A stretch of 37,146 bases of DNA from an uncultured Desulfobacteraceae bacterium (GCA_964393665.1 CAYMVB010000311.1:1-37146), one strand, 5' to 3'; positions 6,520 to 16,413 are shown, counted from the stretch's first letter. Made by a program: numbers and translations. Notes: generated from the sequence alone by a model not told the origin.

Positions 6520-9167
6520 CGTAGCCCCTCAATGAGACTCATGTTCTGGTTTAATTTTTCAAGTTTTGCACTCATTTCCGCTACCTTTGCCTTAACGCTA
6601 TCTACAATAGGGTCAGGTGCATTTTCTAAGAAATCCTTATTTGCCAGTTTCTTTTGCGACAAGCTGATTTCCTTTTCTACCTTTTTAATTTCCTTTGACA
6701 TCCTCTTTCTCTCATCATCATAATTTATCAGTCCTTTTAATGATACATGGACTTGAATATCCTTAAAAACATACGTACCAGAGGAATCAGGCTTTGTAAC
6801 CCCTGAAACAAGCTCAACAGATTCAGCCCTGGCAAGATTAGTGATATACGACATATTATTTTTTAAGATCTCTAAGTCCTCTTTTCTTTTGGAATCAATA
6901 ATACAGCTCACCTGTTTTTTAGGTGAAATATTCATTTCTCCCCTGACATTTCTGATACCAGTTATAATGCCCATAAGCAGCTCCATCTCGTTTATCGACT
7001 TCTCGTCATGAATAAACTCATCAAACTGAGGAAAGGCTGCTACCATGACACTTCCATTTGTATAAGGGAGTCTTTGCCATATCTCCTCAGTAATAAATGG
7101 AACAAATGGATGAAGAAGCCTGACAATGCCGCTCAGAATAATCTGTACGACAGATTGGGTGACTTCCCTTCTCTTTTTATCATCACTATATAGCTCGAGT
7201 TTGGCCATCTCAAGATACCAATCACAAAACTCATGCCACACAAACTGATAGCAAAAGCTTGCTGCATCATTGAAATCATAGGAATCAATATATTTATTAA
7301 CATCTCGGGCAATCTCTCCTATCCTCGTCAAGATCCAACGGTCGGCCAGGCTCAAATCATCTGTGTTAATAGATGGGGCTTTTGAGTCTTCAAGGTTCAT
7401 TATAGATAATCTCGCAGCGTTCCATATTTTATTCATAAAATTACGGTAGCCCGCTATTCTTTCCTCTGAGAGCCTTACGTCCCTTCCCTGGGCCGCCAAT
7501 ATCGAGAGTGTAAACCTAAAAGAATCTGTTCCGAACTTATCTATAACCTCCAGGGGGTCAATGATATTCCCTTTGCTCTTGCTCATCTTGCTGCCCTTTT
7601 CATCTTTAACAAGGGCATGTATGTATACCTCCCTGAATGGCACGTCCCCCATGAAATGAATACCCATCATCATCATTCTTGCCACCCAGAAAAATAGTAT
7701 ATCAAAGCCTGTGACAAGGACAGAGGTGGGATAAAAAATCTTTAGTTCTTCAGTAGAATCAGGCCACCCTAATGTGGAAAAAGGCCAGAGTGCCGAGCTG
7801 AACCATGTATCAAGAACATCGGTTTCCTGCTGAAGATTTTTACCCTTACAGGAAGGGCACTCTTTAGGCTCCTCTTTTGCGACAATGATCTCTCCGCAGT
7901 CCTGGCAATACCAAGCGGGAATACGATGCCCCCACCATATCTGCCTCGATATACACCAATCCCTAATGTTGTTCATCCATTCATAATATACTGCCTCCCA
8001 ATTGGCAGGAACTATTCTCGTATCCTTCCTTTTCACTGCCTGTAAGGCCTTTTCAGCGAGCGGGCCTACCCTTACAAACCACTGTTTAGACAAAATAGGC
8101 TCTATCATAGTCTTGCAGCGATAACAGTGACCGACTGCGTGGCTGTAAGGTTCTATCTTCTCTAATAGACCAGCCTTCTTCAGATCTTCAAGTATAGCCT
8201 CTCTGCATTCGAACCTGTCCATGCCCTTGTAAGGCCCAGAGAGCTCATTCATATTACCGTCTTCATCAATAACCTTTATGCGCTCGAGGTTATGTTTATG
8301 TCCTATTTCAAAGTCATTAGGATCATGCGCAGGGGTAATCTTGAGCGCACCTGTACCAAAATCTTTATCTACATACTTATCAAATATCACAGGCAAAGGC
8401 TTATGTAAGATTGGCAAGATCACATGAGAATCAGTTAAATTTTGATAACGCTCATCTTCCGGGTTTACAGCAACCGCAGTATCCCCTAAGAGTGTTTCAG
8501 GCCTGGTTGTTGCAACTACCAAATAGCCATCATTATTCTCAAAGGGGTATCGAACATAGTACAAAAAGCTTTCTACATCCTCATGCTCTACCTCTAAGTC
8601 TGCTAAGGCAGTATGACACCTTGGGCACCAATTTATTATGTAGTCCCCCCGGTAAATTAAATTCTCTTCATAAAGCTTTACAAAAACCTCTCTAACAGCC
8701 CTGGAAAGCCCCTCATCCATGGTAAATCTCTCTCTACTCCAATCACAAGAACTTCCGAGTCTCTTCAGCTGGTTTATAATCATTCCGCCATATTTTTCTC
8801 TCCACTCCCAGACTAATTCAATAAATCTATCTCTGCCAATCTGGTGACGGTCTGTTCCCTTTGCTGCAAGGTCTTTTTCAACTACATTTTGGGTTGCAAT
8901 GCCTGCATGGTCTGTCCCAGGCTGCCAAAGCACATTATAGCCCTTCATTCTCTTATACCTGACCAAAATATCCTGCAGGGTATTGTTCAGGGCATGGCCC
9001 ATGTGAAGCCTACCTGTAACATTTGGCGGTGGAATCACAATAGAAAAACTCGGTTTATCAGGGTTAGTACCGGCCTTAAAAAACCCATTTTCTTCCCAAT
9101 ATCTGTACCATTTTCCCTCAACTTCCCCTGGCTCATATATTTTAGCCAAAATATTCTCTTCCATCAT
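6516..9167 (-). CDS. valS: Valine--tRNA ligase
   Basis: 883 aa. The HIGH-type motif is PPPNVTGRLHMGHA and the KMSKS motif is KMSKSKGN. A C-terminal coiled coil is present. Confidence 0.97.
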   Translation of the reverse strand: MMEENILAKIYEPGEVEGKWYRYWEENGFFKAGTNPDKPSFSIVIPPPNVTGRLHMGHALNNTLQDILVRYKRMKGYNVLWQPGTDHAGIATQNVVEKDLAAKGTDRHQIGRDRFIELVWEWREKYGGMIINQLKRLGSSCDWSRERFTMDEGLSRAVREVFVKLYEENLIYRGDYIINWCPRCHTALADLEVEHEDVESFLYYVRYPFENNDGYLVVATTRPETLLGDTAVAVNPEDERYQNLTDSHVILPILHKPLPVIFDKYVDKDFGTGALKITPAHDPNDFEIGHKHNLERIKVIDEDGNMNELSGPYKGMDRFECREAILEDLKKAGLLEKIEPYSHAVGHCYRCKTMIEPILSKQWFVRVGPLAEKALQAVKRKDTRIVPANWEAVYYEWMNNIRDWCISRQIWWGHRIPAWYCQDCGEIIVAKEEPKECPSCKGKNLQQETDVLDTWFSSALWPFSTLGWPDSTEELKIFYPTSVLVTGFDILFFWVARMMMMGIHFMGDVPFREVYIHALVKDEKGSKMSKSKGNIIDPLEVIDKFGTDSFRFTLSILAAQGRDVRLSEERIAGYRNFMNKIWNAARLSIMNLEDSKAPSINTDDLSLADRWILTRIGEIARDVNKYIDSYDFNDAASFCYQFVWHEFCDWYLEMAKLELYSDDKKRREVTQSVVQIILSGIVRLLHPFVPFITEEIWQRLPYTNGSVMVAAFPQFDEFIHDEKSINEMELLMGIITGIRNVRGEMNISPKKQVSCIIDSKRKEDLEILKNNMSYITNLARAESVELVSGVTKPDSSGTYVFKDIQVHVSLKGLINYDDERKRMSKEIKKVEKEISLSQKKLANKDFLENAPDPIVDSVKAKVAEMSAKLEKLNQNMSLIEGLR

Positions 9168-9281
9168 ACATGATATCCTTTATCTTCTGTAACTAACTCT
9201 TCAGGCTCCCAAAAAAATGCCAAAATTTATGTAATTTTTGAAACTATAAGAAAACTCAATCTTATTCCTTTACCAAAGTTT

Positions 9282-9308
9282 ATTATATTAAAAAACCTAA
9301 ATTGACAA
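9282..9308 (-). promoter_or_regulatory. Candidate sigma70 promoter for valS (TTGTCA-15 nt-TATAAT)
   Basis: Minus strand: -35 TTGTCA (9308-9303) and -10 TATAAT (9287-9282). The spacer is only 15 nt. Sequence match only. Confidence 0.25.
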
Positions 9309-9311
9309 TAC

Positions 9312-9371
9312 ATAAATAGGCACAAAGGTAATTAATGAATTACGATGAAAGTTACCTTTGTGCCTATTTAT
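9312..9371. repeat. Perfect 20-bp inverted repeat with a 20-nt loop (hairpin/terminator or palindromic binding site)
   Basis: ATAAATAGGCACAAAGGTAA (9312-9331) is the exact reverse complement of TTACCTTTGTGCCTATTTAT (9352-9371). It sits between the stop of the acidic-protein gene (9399) and the valS start (9167). Confidence 0.6.
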
Positions 9372-9398
9372 CAAAATAAGAATTATTTCATTTTATCT

Positions 9399-10178
9399 TT
9401 AAATTTCCATATCCCTTTTTAGAATATCAATCTCCTCTCTAATTATCTTCTCTGCTACCTCTGGTATTACCTCTCTTGCTACCCTTTCCAATACCTCACT
9501 TGCAACTTTTTCCAGGACAACCTCAATCTTATCCTCTGGCAATGTTCCTATTTCCTTTCGAATAGCTTCTTCGCTATACTCTGTCTGACTTTTTAAAGGA
9601 GGAGGCTTGCTTACTATTTCCCCGGAAGGCCCTTCCTGCTCAAATATTTCCTCCTCGCCTATATCATCTGTCCCCTCACTCTCTTCTTCAGAGATAAGTT
9701 TTTCAAGTTCTTCATCTAATTCATCATCATCTAAAAAATCGATTTCTGAACTGTCCTCTTCGCCGGAAAAACCTTCTTTATCATCTTCCGACATAATTAA
9801 TTCCTCATCAATGTTATCCTCTGCTCCAAATAAGTCATCAGATTCGAGTTCGTCACCCCACATTGAATCCTCGGTCTTATCTTCATCTACCCCGATAGCA
9901 TCTTTAGCATTTTCCTTGCTCTCATATTGATTACCCTGGCTTACATTAATTTTCTCTTCATCTAACTCATAATCCCCAAGATTCCCAATATCTTTTTCAT
10001 CCAATCCCTCTTCAATGTCTTCTTCTGTTACATCAACAAGGTCGATAATATCTTCATCCGAATCGTCTTCATAAGTTTCTTCTGAGAAATCATTTTTTAA
10101 AAAATCTTCATCAATTTCCAGATCAAGGAGATCCTCTTCTTCTTCATTATTTTCTTTTTTGTGATCATCCTTGTCCAT
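9399..10178 (-). CDS. Hyper-acidic hypothetical protein (D/E-rich, low complexity) with a helical C-terminal segment
   Basis: 259 aa. Strong SD (AAAGGAGG, 6 nt upstream of the ATG). Long runs of D/E. The last ~45 aa (IEVVLEKVASEVLERVAREVIPEVAEKIIREEIDILKRDMEI) are ordered and amphipathic. I could not assign a family. Confidence 0.7.
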   Translation of the reverse strand: MDKDDHKKENNEEEEDLLDLEIDEDFLKNDFSEETYEDDSDEDIIDLVDVTEEDIEEGLDEKDIGNLGDYELDEEKINVSQGNQYESKENAKDAIGVDEDKTEDSMWGDELESDDLFGAEDNIDEELIMSEDDKEGFSGEEDSSEIDFLDDDELDEELEKLISEEESEGTDDIGEEEIFEQEGPSGEIVSKPPPLKSQTEYSEEAIRKEIGTLPEDKIEVVLEKVASEVLERVAREVIPEVAEKIIREEIDILKRDMEI

Positions 10179-10315
10179 ATTTGCCTCCTTTAATTAAGAT
10201 AATATACAAGGTCTATGTTTTGTGGCTACCACAAAATAAGCAATATTGTCAAGACCTTTGACCTACCATATCATTAAAACTTATGCAATGCTAATTATAT
10301 TTAATTTTACTATAC

Positions 10316-10351
10316 GTAAAAAGGCAAAAAGGAGCAAAAATGGTATCTCCT
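10316..10351 (-). terminator. Weak intrinsic terminator candidate after the fad operon
   Basis: The minus strand reads AGGAG-ATACCATTTTTG-CTCCT followed by TTTTGCCTTTTT. It lies about 80 nt downstream of the fadE-like stop (10433). The stem is only 5 bp. Confidence 0.3.
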
Positions 10352-10432
10352 GAACAAAACTCCTTCCCCATCTAATGAACTTTGCACGTTATTTTTTAGA
10401 CCTGTTCGGATATTTCACAACTTTATAAAACA

Positions 10433-12226
10433 TTATATCTTAGTAAGGTTATAACGGGCAACTGGTATAACACTATCCGCTATCTTCCTCCTCAGTGCAA
10501 CGGTATTAACAGGTGTATAACGAGCAAGTTTTTTTAATGCCATAAGCTGAGTCCTTAGTTCTTCTCCCTCGCTTACAGTTGCAAATATTTGTCTTGCCAT
10601 CAGGTCTACTTTTGGGAAGGAGTCATTTATGAATACCTGTGTAGCTGCTATATGTATCGCAGCCTTCTCCTCACCTTCCTTCTTGAATTTTTTTAAGGCC
10701 CTTAACAAGGCGCTCTCCATAGCAAATATTTCTATAATAATATCCGCCATTAAGGCAACTACTTCCTGCTCTCCAGCCAGCTTTTCCATGTATTTTTGGG
10801 TAGCGGCACCTGCGGCAAGAAGGCCTATTTTTTTTGCCATCGAGACCATTTTTTTCTCTTTCTCAAGAACCCCTTCTTCCTCACTAAGTGAAGGCCTAAA
10901 GCTCATGAGCTCTCCTGTTACTTTTTTAATTACATCAATAAGAGGTAGCTCTCCCTTCATTGCAGCCTTCATCAACCTGTCAACAATAAGAAGGCGATTG
11001 ATCTCATTTGTCCCCTCCCATATGCGGTTTATCCTTGAATCCCTGTAACCGCTCTCTATCATATTGTCCTGAATATATCCGTAGCCACCCATTATCTGAA
11101 CACATTCATCAACTACATAATCAAGGACCTCTGAACCAAAGACCTTATTTACAGAACATTCCAGGGCATATTTTCTGAGGGCCTCTCCAGTTTTTTGACC
11201 AGCATCCTCTTTCGAGGGGTCAATTCCCTCAAGAAGAAGATCAAGAAGCCCAGCTATACGATAACCTAAGCTTTCATTTACATAAATCTTAATCACCATC
11301 TCTGCAATCTTTTGTTTTATCAAACCGAAATCGCTTAAAGGCCTTCCGAATTGAATTCTGGTCTTTGCATATTTTATGGCATCTGCTAACAAAAACTTGG
11401 CTACCCCAACCGTGGCTGCTCCTAATTTGTACCGTCCTATATTTAATGTATTAAGTGCAACAATATGGCCTCGGCCGATTTCACCAAGCACATTTTCAAC
11501 GGGCACCTTTACATCCTGAAATATGACAGACCTTGTAGAGCCACCATGCATTCCCATTTTTACCTCTTCCTCATCAACCGAAACCCCATCCCATTTCCGC
11601 TCAACGATAAAGCCAGTAAACTTCGTACCATCCACCTGAGCATAGGTCAGGATTAAGTCGCAAAACCCGGCATTTGAAATAAACTGCTTCTGGCCATTCA
11701 ATATGTAATACTTGCCATCATCAGATAAGACGGCGGTAGTTTCAGCCGTAAGGGCATCCGAGCCATGAGCCGGTTCTGTCAAGGCATAAGCGCCTATCAT
11801 CTCACCTGTAGCAAGTTTTGGAAGATATCTTTTTTTCTGCTCGGGTGATCCAAAAAATACAATAGGTAGACTTCCAATACCTGTTTGAACGCCATAGGCC
11901 AAAAGAAAGCCCCCAATACCCTGATTAATTCTTTCTGTAACCAACACTGAACTCACCTTGTCAAGCTCAGATCCTCCATATATCTCCGGCATATCAGTAG
12001 AAAGCAAGCCGAGTTCCCCTGCTTTTCTTAGAAGGCTTGTCAATAATTCTCCATTCAGTTCAGCAAGTTCATCCCTAATTGGTGCTAACTCACCTAATCC
12101 GAATTCCTCGGCAGACTTCCCTATCAATCTCTGCTCATTGGTAAAATCCTCAGGTGTAAACACATCCTCAGGCAAGGCGTCTGTAATTAAAAATTCTCCA
12201 CCCTTGAAAAGTTTTTCCTTTGCCAT
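10433..12226 (-). CDS. fadE: Long-form acyl-CoA dehydrogenase (about 600 aa, Bacillus FadE/YusJ type)
   Basis: The ORF-track TTG at 12235 directly abuts the SD. The ATG at 12226 lies 9 nt after GGAGGA and gives MAKEKLFKGGEFLITDALPEDVFTPEDF, matching the N-terminus of long FadE-type ACADs. It is the third gene of a fadN-fadA-fadE arrangement. Confidence 0.9.
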   Translation of the reverse strand: MAKEKLFKGGEFLITDALPEDVFTPEDFTNEQRLIGKSAEEFGLGELAPIRDELAELNGELLTSLLRKAGELGLLSTDMPEIYGGSELDKVSSVLVTERINQGIGGFLLAYGVQTGIGSLPIVFFGSPEQKKRYLPKLATGEMIGAYALTEPAHGSDALTAETTAVLSDDGKYYILNGQKQFISNAGFCDLILTYAQVDGTKFTGFIVERKWDGVSVDEEEVKMGMHGGSTRSVIFQDVKVPVENVLGEIGRGHIVALNTLNIGRYKLGAATVGVAKFLLADAIKYAKTRIQFGRPLSDFGLIKQKIAEMVIKIYVNESLGYRIAGLLDLLLEGIDPSKEDAGQKTGEALRKYALECSVNKVFGSEVLDYVVDECVQIMGGYGYIQDNMIESGYRDSRINRIWEGTNEINRLLIVDRLMKAAMKGELPLIDVIKKVTGELMSFRPSLSEEEGVLEKEKKMVSMAKKIGLLAAGAATQKYMEKLAGEQEVVALMADIIIEIFAMESALLRALKKFKKEGEEKAAIHIAATQVFINDSFPKVDLMARQIFATVSEGEELRTQLMALKKLARYTPVNTVALRRKIADSVIPVARYNLTKI

Positions 12227-12246
12227 TTTTATCAATCCTCCCTCAA

Positions 12247-13431
12247 TTAATAATCCTCTATTTCAAATATCGCGGCCGCCCCCATGCCAAATCCTATGCA
12301 CATGGAAACCAATCCCCATCTTAGACCTCTCGCCTGCATTTCATAGAGTAGTTGTGTAGTTAATTTCGAACCGGTGCATCCTAAAGGATGTCCCAATGCA
12401 ATGGCCCCACCATTTACATTTGTTATTTCTTCATTGATTCCCAATTTTTCAATGCAATATATCGCCTGAGATGCAAAGGCCTCATTCAATTCTATGAGCT
12501 CCATCTGATCAAGTGTCATACCAGAGAGCTTGAGAACCTTCGGTATGGCAACTGATGGTCCTAACCCCATATATTCTGGAGGACACCCCTCTACAGTATG
12601 ATAACGGAAAGTAGCCATCGGTTTTAGCCCCAATTCCTTGGCCTTCTCCTTAGACATAAGAACTACACCTGCCGCTGCATCACTCGTCTGTGAAGAATTT
12701 CCGGCAGTTACCGTTCCATTCACTTTAAATGCAGGACGAATCTTCGATATACTCTCTTTTGTGGTGCCCGGACGTACCCCTTCGTCTGTATCGAAGATAA
12801 ACTCCTCGAACGTAAAGGATCCATCAGGCAATTTGATCTGTTTTTTTACCTTTATGGGGACAATCTGGCTCTTAAAACGTCCAGCCTTATAAGCTGCCTC
12901 CGCCCTCTGCTGACTTCTTGCCCCAAATTCATCCTGTCTCTCTCTGCTGATATTATAACGTTCTGAGACATTCTCGGCAGTCAGCCCCATACCGGTAAAT
13001 GCCCCCGGCCTCTCGTCTACCAGAGCAGGGTTCGGGTACATCATGCTGCCTCCCATAGGAATTTGACTCATATTCTCCACGCCGCCCGCTATGATTATAT
13101 CCGAGAATCCGCACATAATCTTCTCCGCACCGATTGCTATAGACTGTAGCCCTGAAGAACAGAACCTATTGACAGTCATCCCGGGGATTCGATCAGGCCA
13201 GCCCATAGACATAACAAGTACACGGCCTAAGTTAAGCCCTTGGGTTGACTCTGGGAATGTACACCCAATAATAACATCATCAATAAGCATTGGATCTAAA
13301 TCTCCCGCCCTCCTAAGAAGATCGGTGAGGACTGTAGTTCCCATATATTCCGGACGTGTATCTTTTAACACTCCCCGAGGTGCCTTCCCCGCTGCCGTTC
13401 TACAAGCAGCAACAATCACTGCCTCTCTCAT
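12247..13431 (-). CDS. fadA: Acetyl-CoA C-acyltransferase (3-ketoacyl-CoA thiolase)
   Basis: The ATG at 13431 is preceded by GGAGGGAGG, so the ORF-track start at 13470 is an upstream extension. MREAVIVAACRTAAGKA, NRFCSSGLQ (active-site Cys), GNSSQTSDAAA, NGGAIALGHPLGCTG. Confidence 0.93.
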   Translation of the reverse strand: MREAVIVAACRTAAGKAPRGVLKDTRPEYMGTTVLTDLLRRAGDLDPMLIDDVIIGCTFPESTQGLNLGRVLVMSMGWPDRIPGMTVNRFCSSGLQSIAIGAEKIMCGFSDIIIAGGVENMSQIPMGGSMMYPNPALVDERPGAFTGMGLTAENVSERYNISRERQDEFGARSQQRAEAAYKAGRFKSQIVPIKVKKQIKLPDGSFTFEEFIFDTDEGVRPGTTKESISKIRPAFKVNGTVTAGNSSQTSDAAAGVVLMSKEKAKELGLKPMATFRYHTVEGCPPEYMGLGPSVAIPKVLKLSGMTLDQMELIELNEAFASQAIYCIEKLGINEEITNVNGGAIALGHPLGCTGSKLTTQLLYEMQARGLRWGLVSMCIGFGMGAAAIFEIEDY

Positions 13432-13592
13432 TATGCTTTCCTCCCTCCAATAGTATATAAATAACAACAAATTATATATGAATAATCAAAACCATATTCA
13501 TAAAAATAATCAAACATATAGGCTGCACGCCATAACATGGCTAAATAAAATCAAATATCACATAAACAAACAGCCATTCGCGAAAATATGTA

Positions 13593-16025
13593 TTAATTTC
13601 TCAGCGGTTTTCCTGTGGTAAGCATATGCTGAATCCTGTCCTGAGTTTTTGGGTCACCACATAAACTCAAAAACGCCTCCCTTTCCAGATCCAGCAGGTA
13701 CTGCTCGCTGACCTTCGTGTATTCAAGGACATTTCCACCGCACAAGACATATCCTACCTTGGAGGATACTGTTATATCATGCTCTGTAATATAGCCCGAC
13801 TGGTGCATGCTCCAAAGTCCAAGTTTAATCATGGCATAGGTATTCTCGCCAGCCACTCGTATATCATCCCTGGGGCGAGGAGGTTTATATCCTTCCAGAT
13901 TTATAGCCGCAACAGTCTTCTTGGCATCCTCCATGAGGTAGTCCCTGTTAACTGTCATAGAATCGGTCTCATTAAGATACCCAAGCTCAACTGCCTCTGG
14001 TCCGGATGTCGATACTTTAGCCATTGCTATAGTCTCAAATGTCCTTGCCACAAAAGGCATTAACTCAATTTGTTTTGGGTATAGGCCTCCTCTCTGTACC
14101 TCGAAAATATGATCCGTATTTCTAAGCAGCAACTCCTTGACACCACCCCCTGCAGGTATAAGGCCTACGCCAACTTCTACCAAACCCAGGTATGTTTCAG
14201 CGGCATAACGAACGCGATCCGAGGCCAGGCAAATTTCACACCCACCCCCTAAGGCCATGCCGGCCGGTGCTGCCACAACCGGCTTATCTAAATATTTCAG
14301 CTTCATAAAGGCATCCTGGAATGACTTAACCATCCAGTCAAGATCATCCCATTCCTCCTCCTGCGCGGTAAAAAGAACAAGGGGCAAATTAGCACCAACA
14401 GAAAAATTACCAGCATGATTTGCAATAATAAGACCTTCAAATTCGCTGCTCACAATATCCGCCGACTTGTTTACCATAGTAATTATATCATCGCCTATGG
14501 CATTCATCTTGGTATGAAACTCCAGGCACGCTACGCCATCGCCGATATCTACTAAGCTCGCACCCATATTAGATGCTACCTCTTTATTTCTCTCCTTGAG
14601 CGATGGAAGCAAAATAATCCCAGGCTTAACAGGGATCTCATTGTAATCTTTGCTACCTGGGTCATAATAATAACTATTTCCATTTTCTCTTCTGTAAAAG
14701 GCATCTTTGCCGCTATCAAGCATCTCCTTAATCCATTGAGGAATTGCGTAGCCTTCTTCCTTCATCTTTGTAACAGACGCAGCTAAACCAATAGCATCCC
14801 ATGTCTCGAATGGACCCATGTTCCAGCCAAAACCCCATTTCATGGCATTATCAATGCTGACAATATCATCAGCGATCTCAGGCAAACGGTTTGCAGAGTA
14901 TATAAGTGTCTCGGATAACATAAGGAATATAAACCTCCCAGCTAAATCCCCTGCATAGTAAAGGGATTTTATCTTTCCACCCGTGCCTGAAATATTCCTG
15001 GCAGTCTCAAGTGATGTAAATTTCACCTTCTCCTGCTCGGTATAATTCAAATCCTTATAATCCAAGGATAATATAATCTTTTTTCCCTTTTCATCCTTTT
15101 CCTTTTTATAAAAACCCTGTTTTGTCTTTTCACCAAGGAGGTTTCTTTTAACCATCTCATTAACAAATTCAGGTGCCTTAAAGATCTCTCTCTTCTCATC
15201 GTCTGGTGCGCCGTCATAAACATTATCTGCAACATGAAGTAAGGTATCAAGACCAACGAGGTCCGCTGTCCTATAGGATGCGCTTTTCGCCCTGCCTATT
15301 ATGGGACCTGTAAGACTATCCACTGCCTCTATCGTTAAGCCTAATTCCATCATCGCCTTGATAGTATAAAGCATGCTAAAGGTTCCTATCCGATTTGCCA
15401 CAAAGTTCGGCGTATCCTTTGCAACTACAATTCCTTTTCCTACAATCTTTTCACAGGTCTCAGCCAATAGCTCAATAACATCAGGTATCGCATCTGGTCC
15501 CGGAACAATCTCTAAGAGTTTCATATACCTCGGAGGATTAAAAAAATGTGTTATGGCGAAATGTTTTTTAAAGCTATCAGACCTTCCTTCACACAAATCC
15601 TTGGCGGAAATACCTGATGTATTCGAAGTGATAATCGTATCCGGCTTCATAAAAGGTTCAGTCTTTTCGTATACGCTTTTTTTTATGTCCAGCCTCTCCA
15701 CTACTACCTCGATTATCCAATCAACCTCCCCTAATCGTTGAATATCATCTTCCATATTACCAATGGTTATCAATGAGGCATTTTTCTTTACATAAAAGGA
15801 TGCCGGCCTTGCCTTTAAAGAGCCTTCCAAACCTTTTTGAGCCAGTTTATTTCTAAACCCCTTACTCTCTTTGCTAAGCCCCCTTTTTTTGTCCTCATCA
15901 CTTAATTCCGGGAGAACAATATCAAGAAGTAATGTCTCAATGCCAACATTGGCAAGCTGGGCAGCGATAGTTGCACCCATTACACCAGCACCTATAACCG
16001 CACACTTTCTAATAGACCTCGCCAT
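13593..16025 (-). CDS. fadN: Bifunctional 3-hydroxyacyl-CoA dehydrogenase / enoyl-CoA hydratase (FadN type)
   Basis: The ATG at 16025 is preceded by AGAGGGAGG. It gives MARSIRKCAVIGAGVMGATIAAQLAN (Rossmann GxGxxG). A crotonase-fold half lies at the C-terminus. The ORF-track start at 16154 adds 43 non-homologous residues. Confidence 0.92.
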   Translation of the reverse strand: MARSIRKCAVIGAGVMGATIAAQLANVGIETLLLDIVLPELSDEDKKRGLSKESKGFRNKLAQKGLEGSLKARPASFYVKKNASLITIGNMEDDIQRLGEVDWIIEVVVERLDIKKSVYEKTEPFMKPDTIITSNTSGISAKDLCEGRSDSFKKHFAITHFFNPPRYMKLLEIVPGPDAIPDVIELLAETCEKIVGKGIVVAKDTPNFVANRIGTFSMLYTIKAMMELGLTIEAVDSLTGPIIGRAKSASYRTADLVGLDTLLHVADNVYDGAPDDEKREIFKAPEFVNEMVKRNLLGEKTKQGFYKKEKDEKGKKIILSLDYKDLNYTEQEKVKFTSLETARNISGTGGKIKSLYYAGDLAGRFIFLMLSETLIYSANRLPEIADDIVSIDNAMKWGFGWNMGPFETWDAIGLAASVTKMKEEGYAIPQWIKEMLDSGKDAFYRRENGNSYYYDPGSKDYNEIPVKPGIILLPSLKERNKEVASNMGASLVDIGDGVACLEFHTKMNAIGDDIITMVNKSADIVSSEFEGLIIANHAGNFSVGANLPLVLFTAQEEEWDDLDWMVKSFQDAFMKLKYLDKPVVAAPAGMALGGGCEICLASDRVRYAAETYLGLVEVGVGLIPAGGGVKELLLRNTDHIFEVQRGGLYPKQIELMPFVARTFETIAMAKVSTSGPEAVELGYLNETDSMTVNRDYLMEDAKKTVAAINLEGYKPPRPRDDIRVAGENTYAMIKLGLWSMHQSGYITEHDITVSSKVGYVLCGGNVLEYTKVSEQYLLDLEREAFLSLCGDPKTQDRIQHMLTTGKPLRN

Positions 16026-16106
16026 GAATAACCTCCCTCTTTTTAACCAGCATGTATGAGTGTTTTTAGTATTTCTAAAATTAGCATAATAATTTATAGG
16101 TAATTT

Positions 16107-16124
16107 AATGAATTTCCATTCATT
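16107..16124. promoter_or_regulatory. Palindromic operator candidate AATGAAT-N4-ATTCATT upstream of the fad operon
   Basis: 7-bp perfect arms (16107-16113 and 16118-16124), about 85-100 bp upstream of the fadN ATG, in the divergent fad/OFOR control region. Confidence 0.3.
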
Positions 16125-16413
16125 TTTAATAACATCACAAAAAGGTTGTGTCAACCGAATTTTTTAGGGAACATTTAATATCTTGTAAGCAAGCTTATTA
16201 AAGCCATGCAAATAATTGATTATACAAGGATAAAGTTTTATAAAAGAAGCCCCATCAAAGTAGTAGCAAAGCTTTTATACGTTGCCGAGATCTCATGCTA
16301 AAAACAATCAATAAAGGTATAGATATAAAATACGGCTTATAAATCTACTCAAATCAAAGGGCATAAATTTCAATCAAAAAATTCCTAATTTCCAATTAAA
16401 CATGTAAATACAG

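Noticed and set aside
10330-10372. Mini-ORF with a perfect SD on the plus strand (AAAGGAG-N7-ATG, MVSPEQNSFPI)
   Set aside because: It is only 11 codons long and lies antisense to the surrounding transcription units. The AGGAG/CTCCT pair is better explained as the stem of the weak minus-strand terminator after fadE.
16026-16154. Long N-terminal extensions in the ORF track (16026-16154 fadN, 13432-13470 fadA, 16552-16662 OFOR alpha, 32915-32932 rplI, 28233-28253 apbE, 12227-12235 fadE)
   Set aside because: In each case an internal ATG with a well-spaced SD begins exactly where family homology starts. The extensions are non-homologous or overlap the upstream gene.
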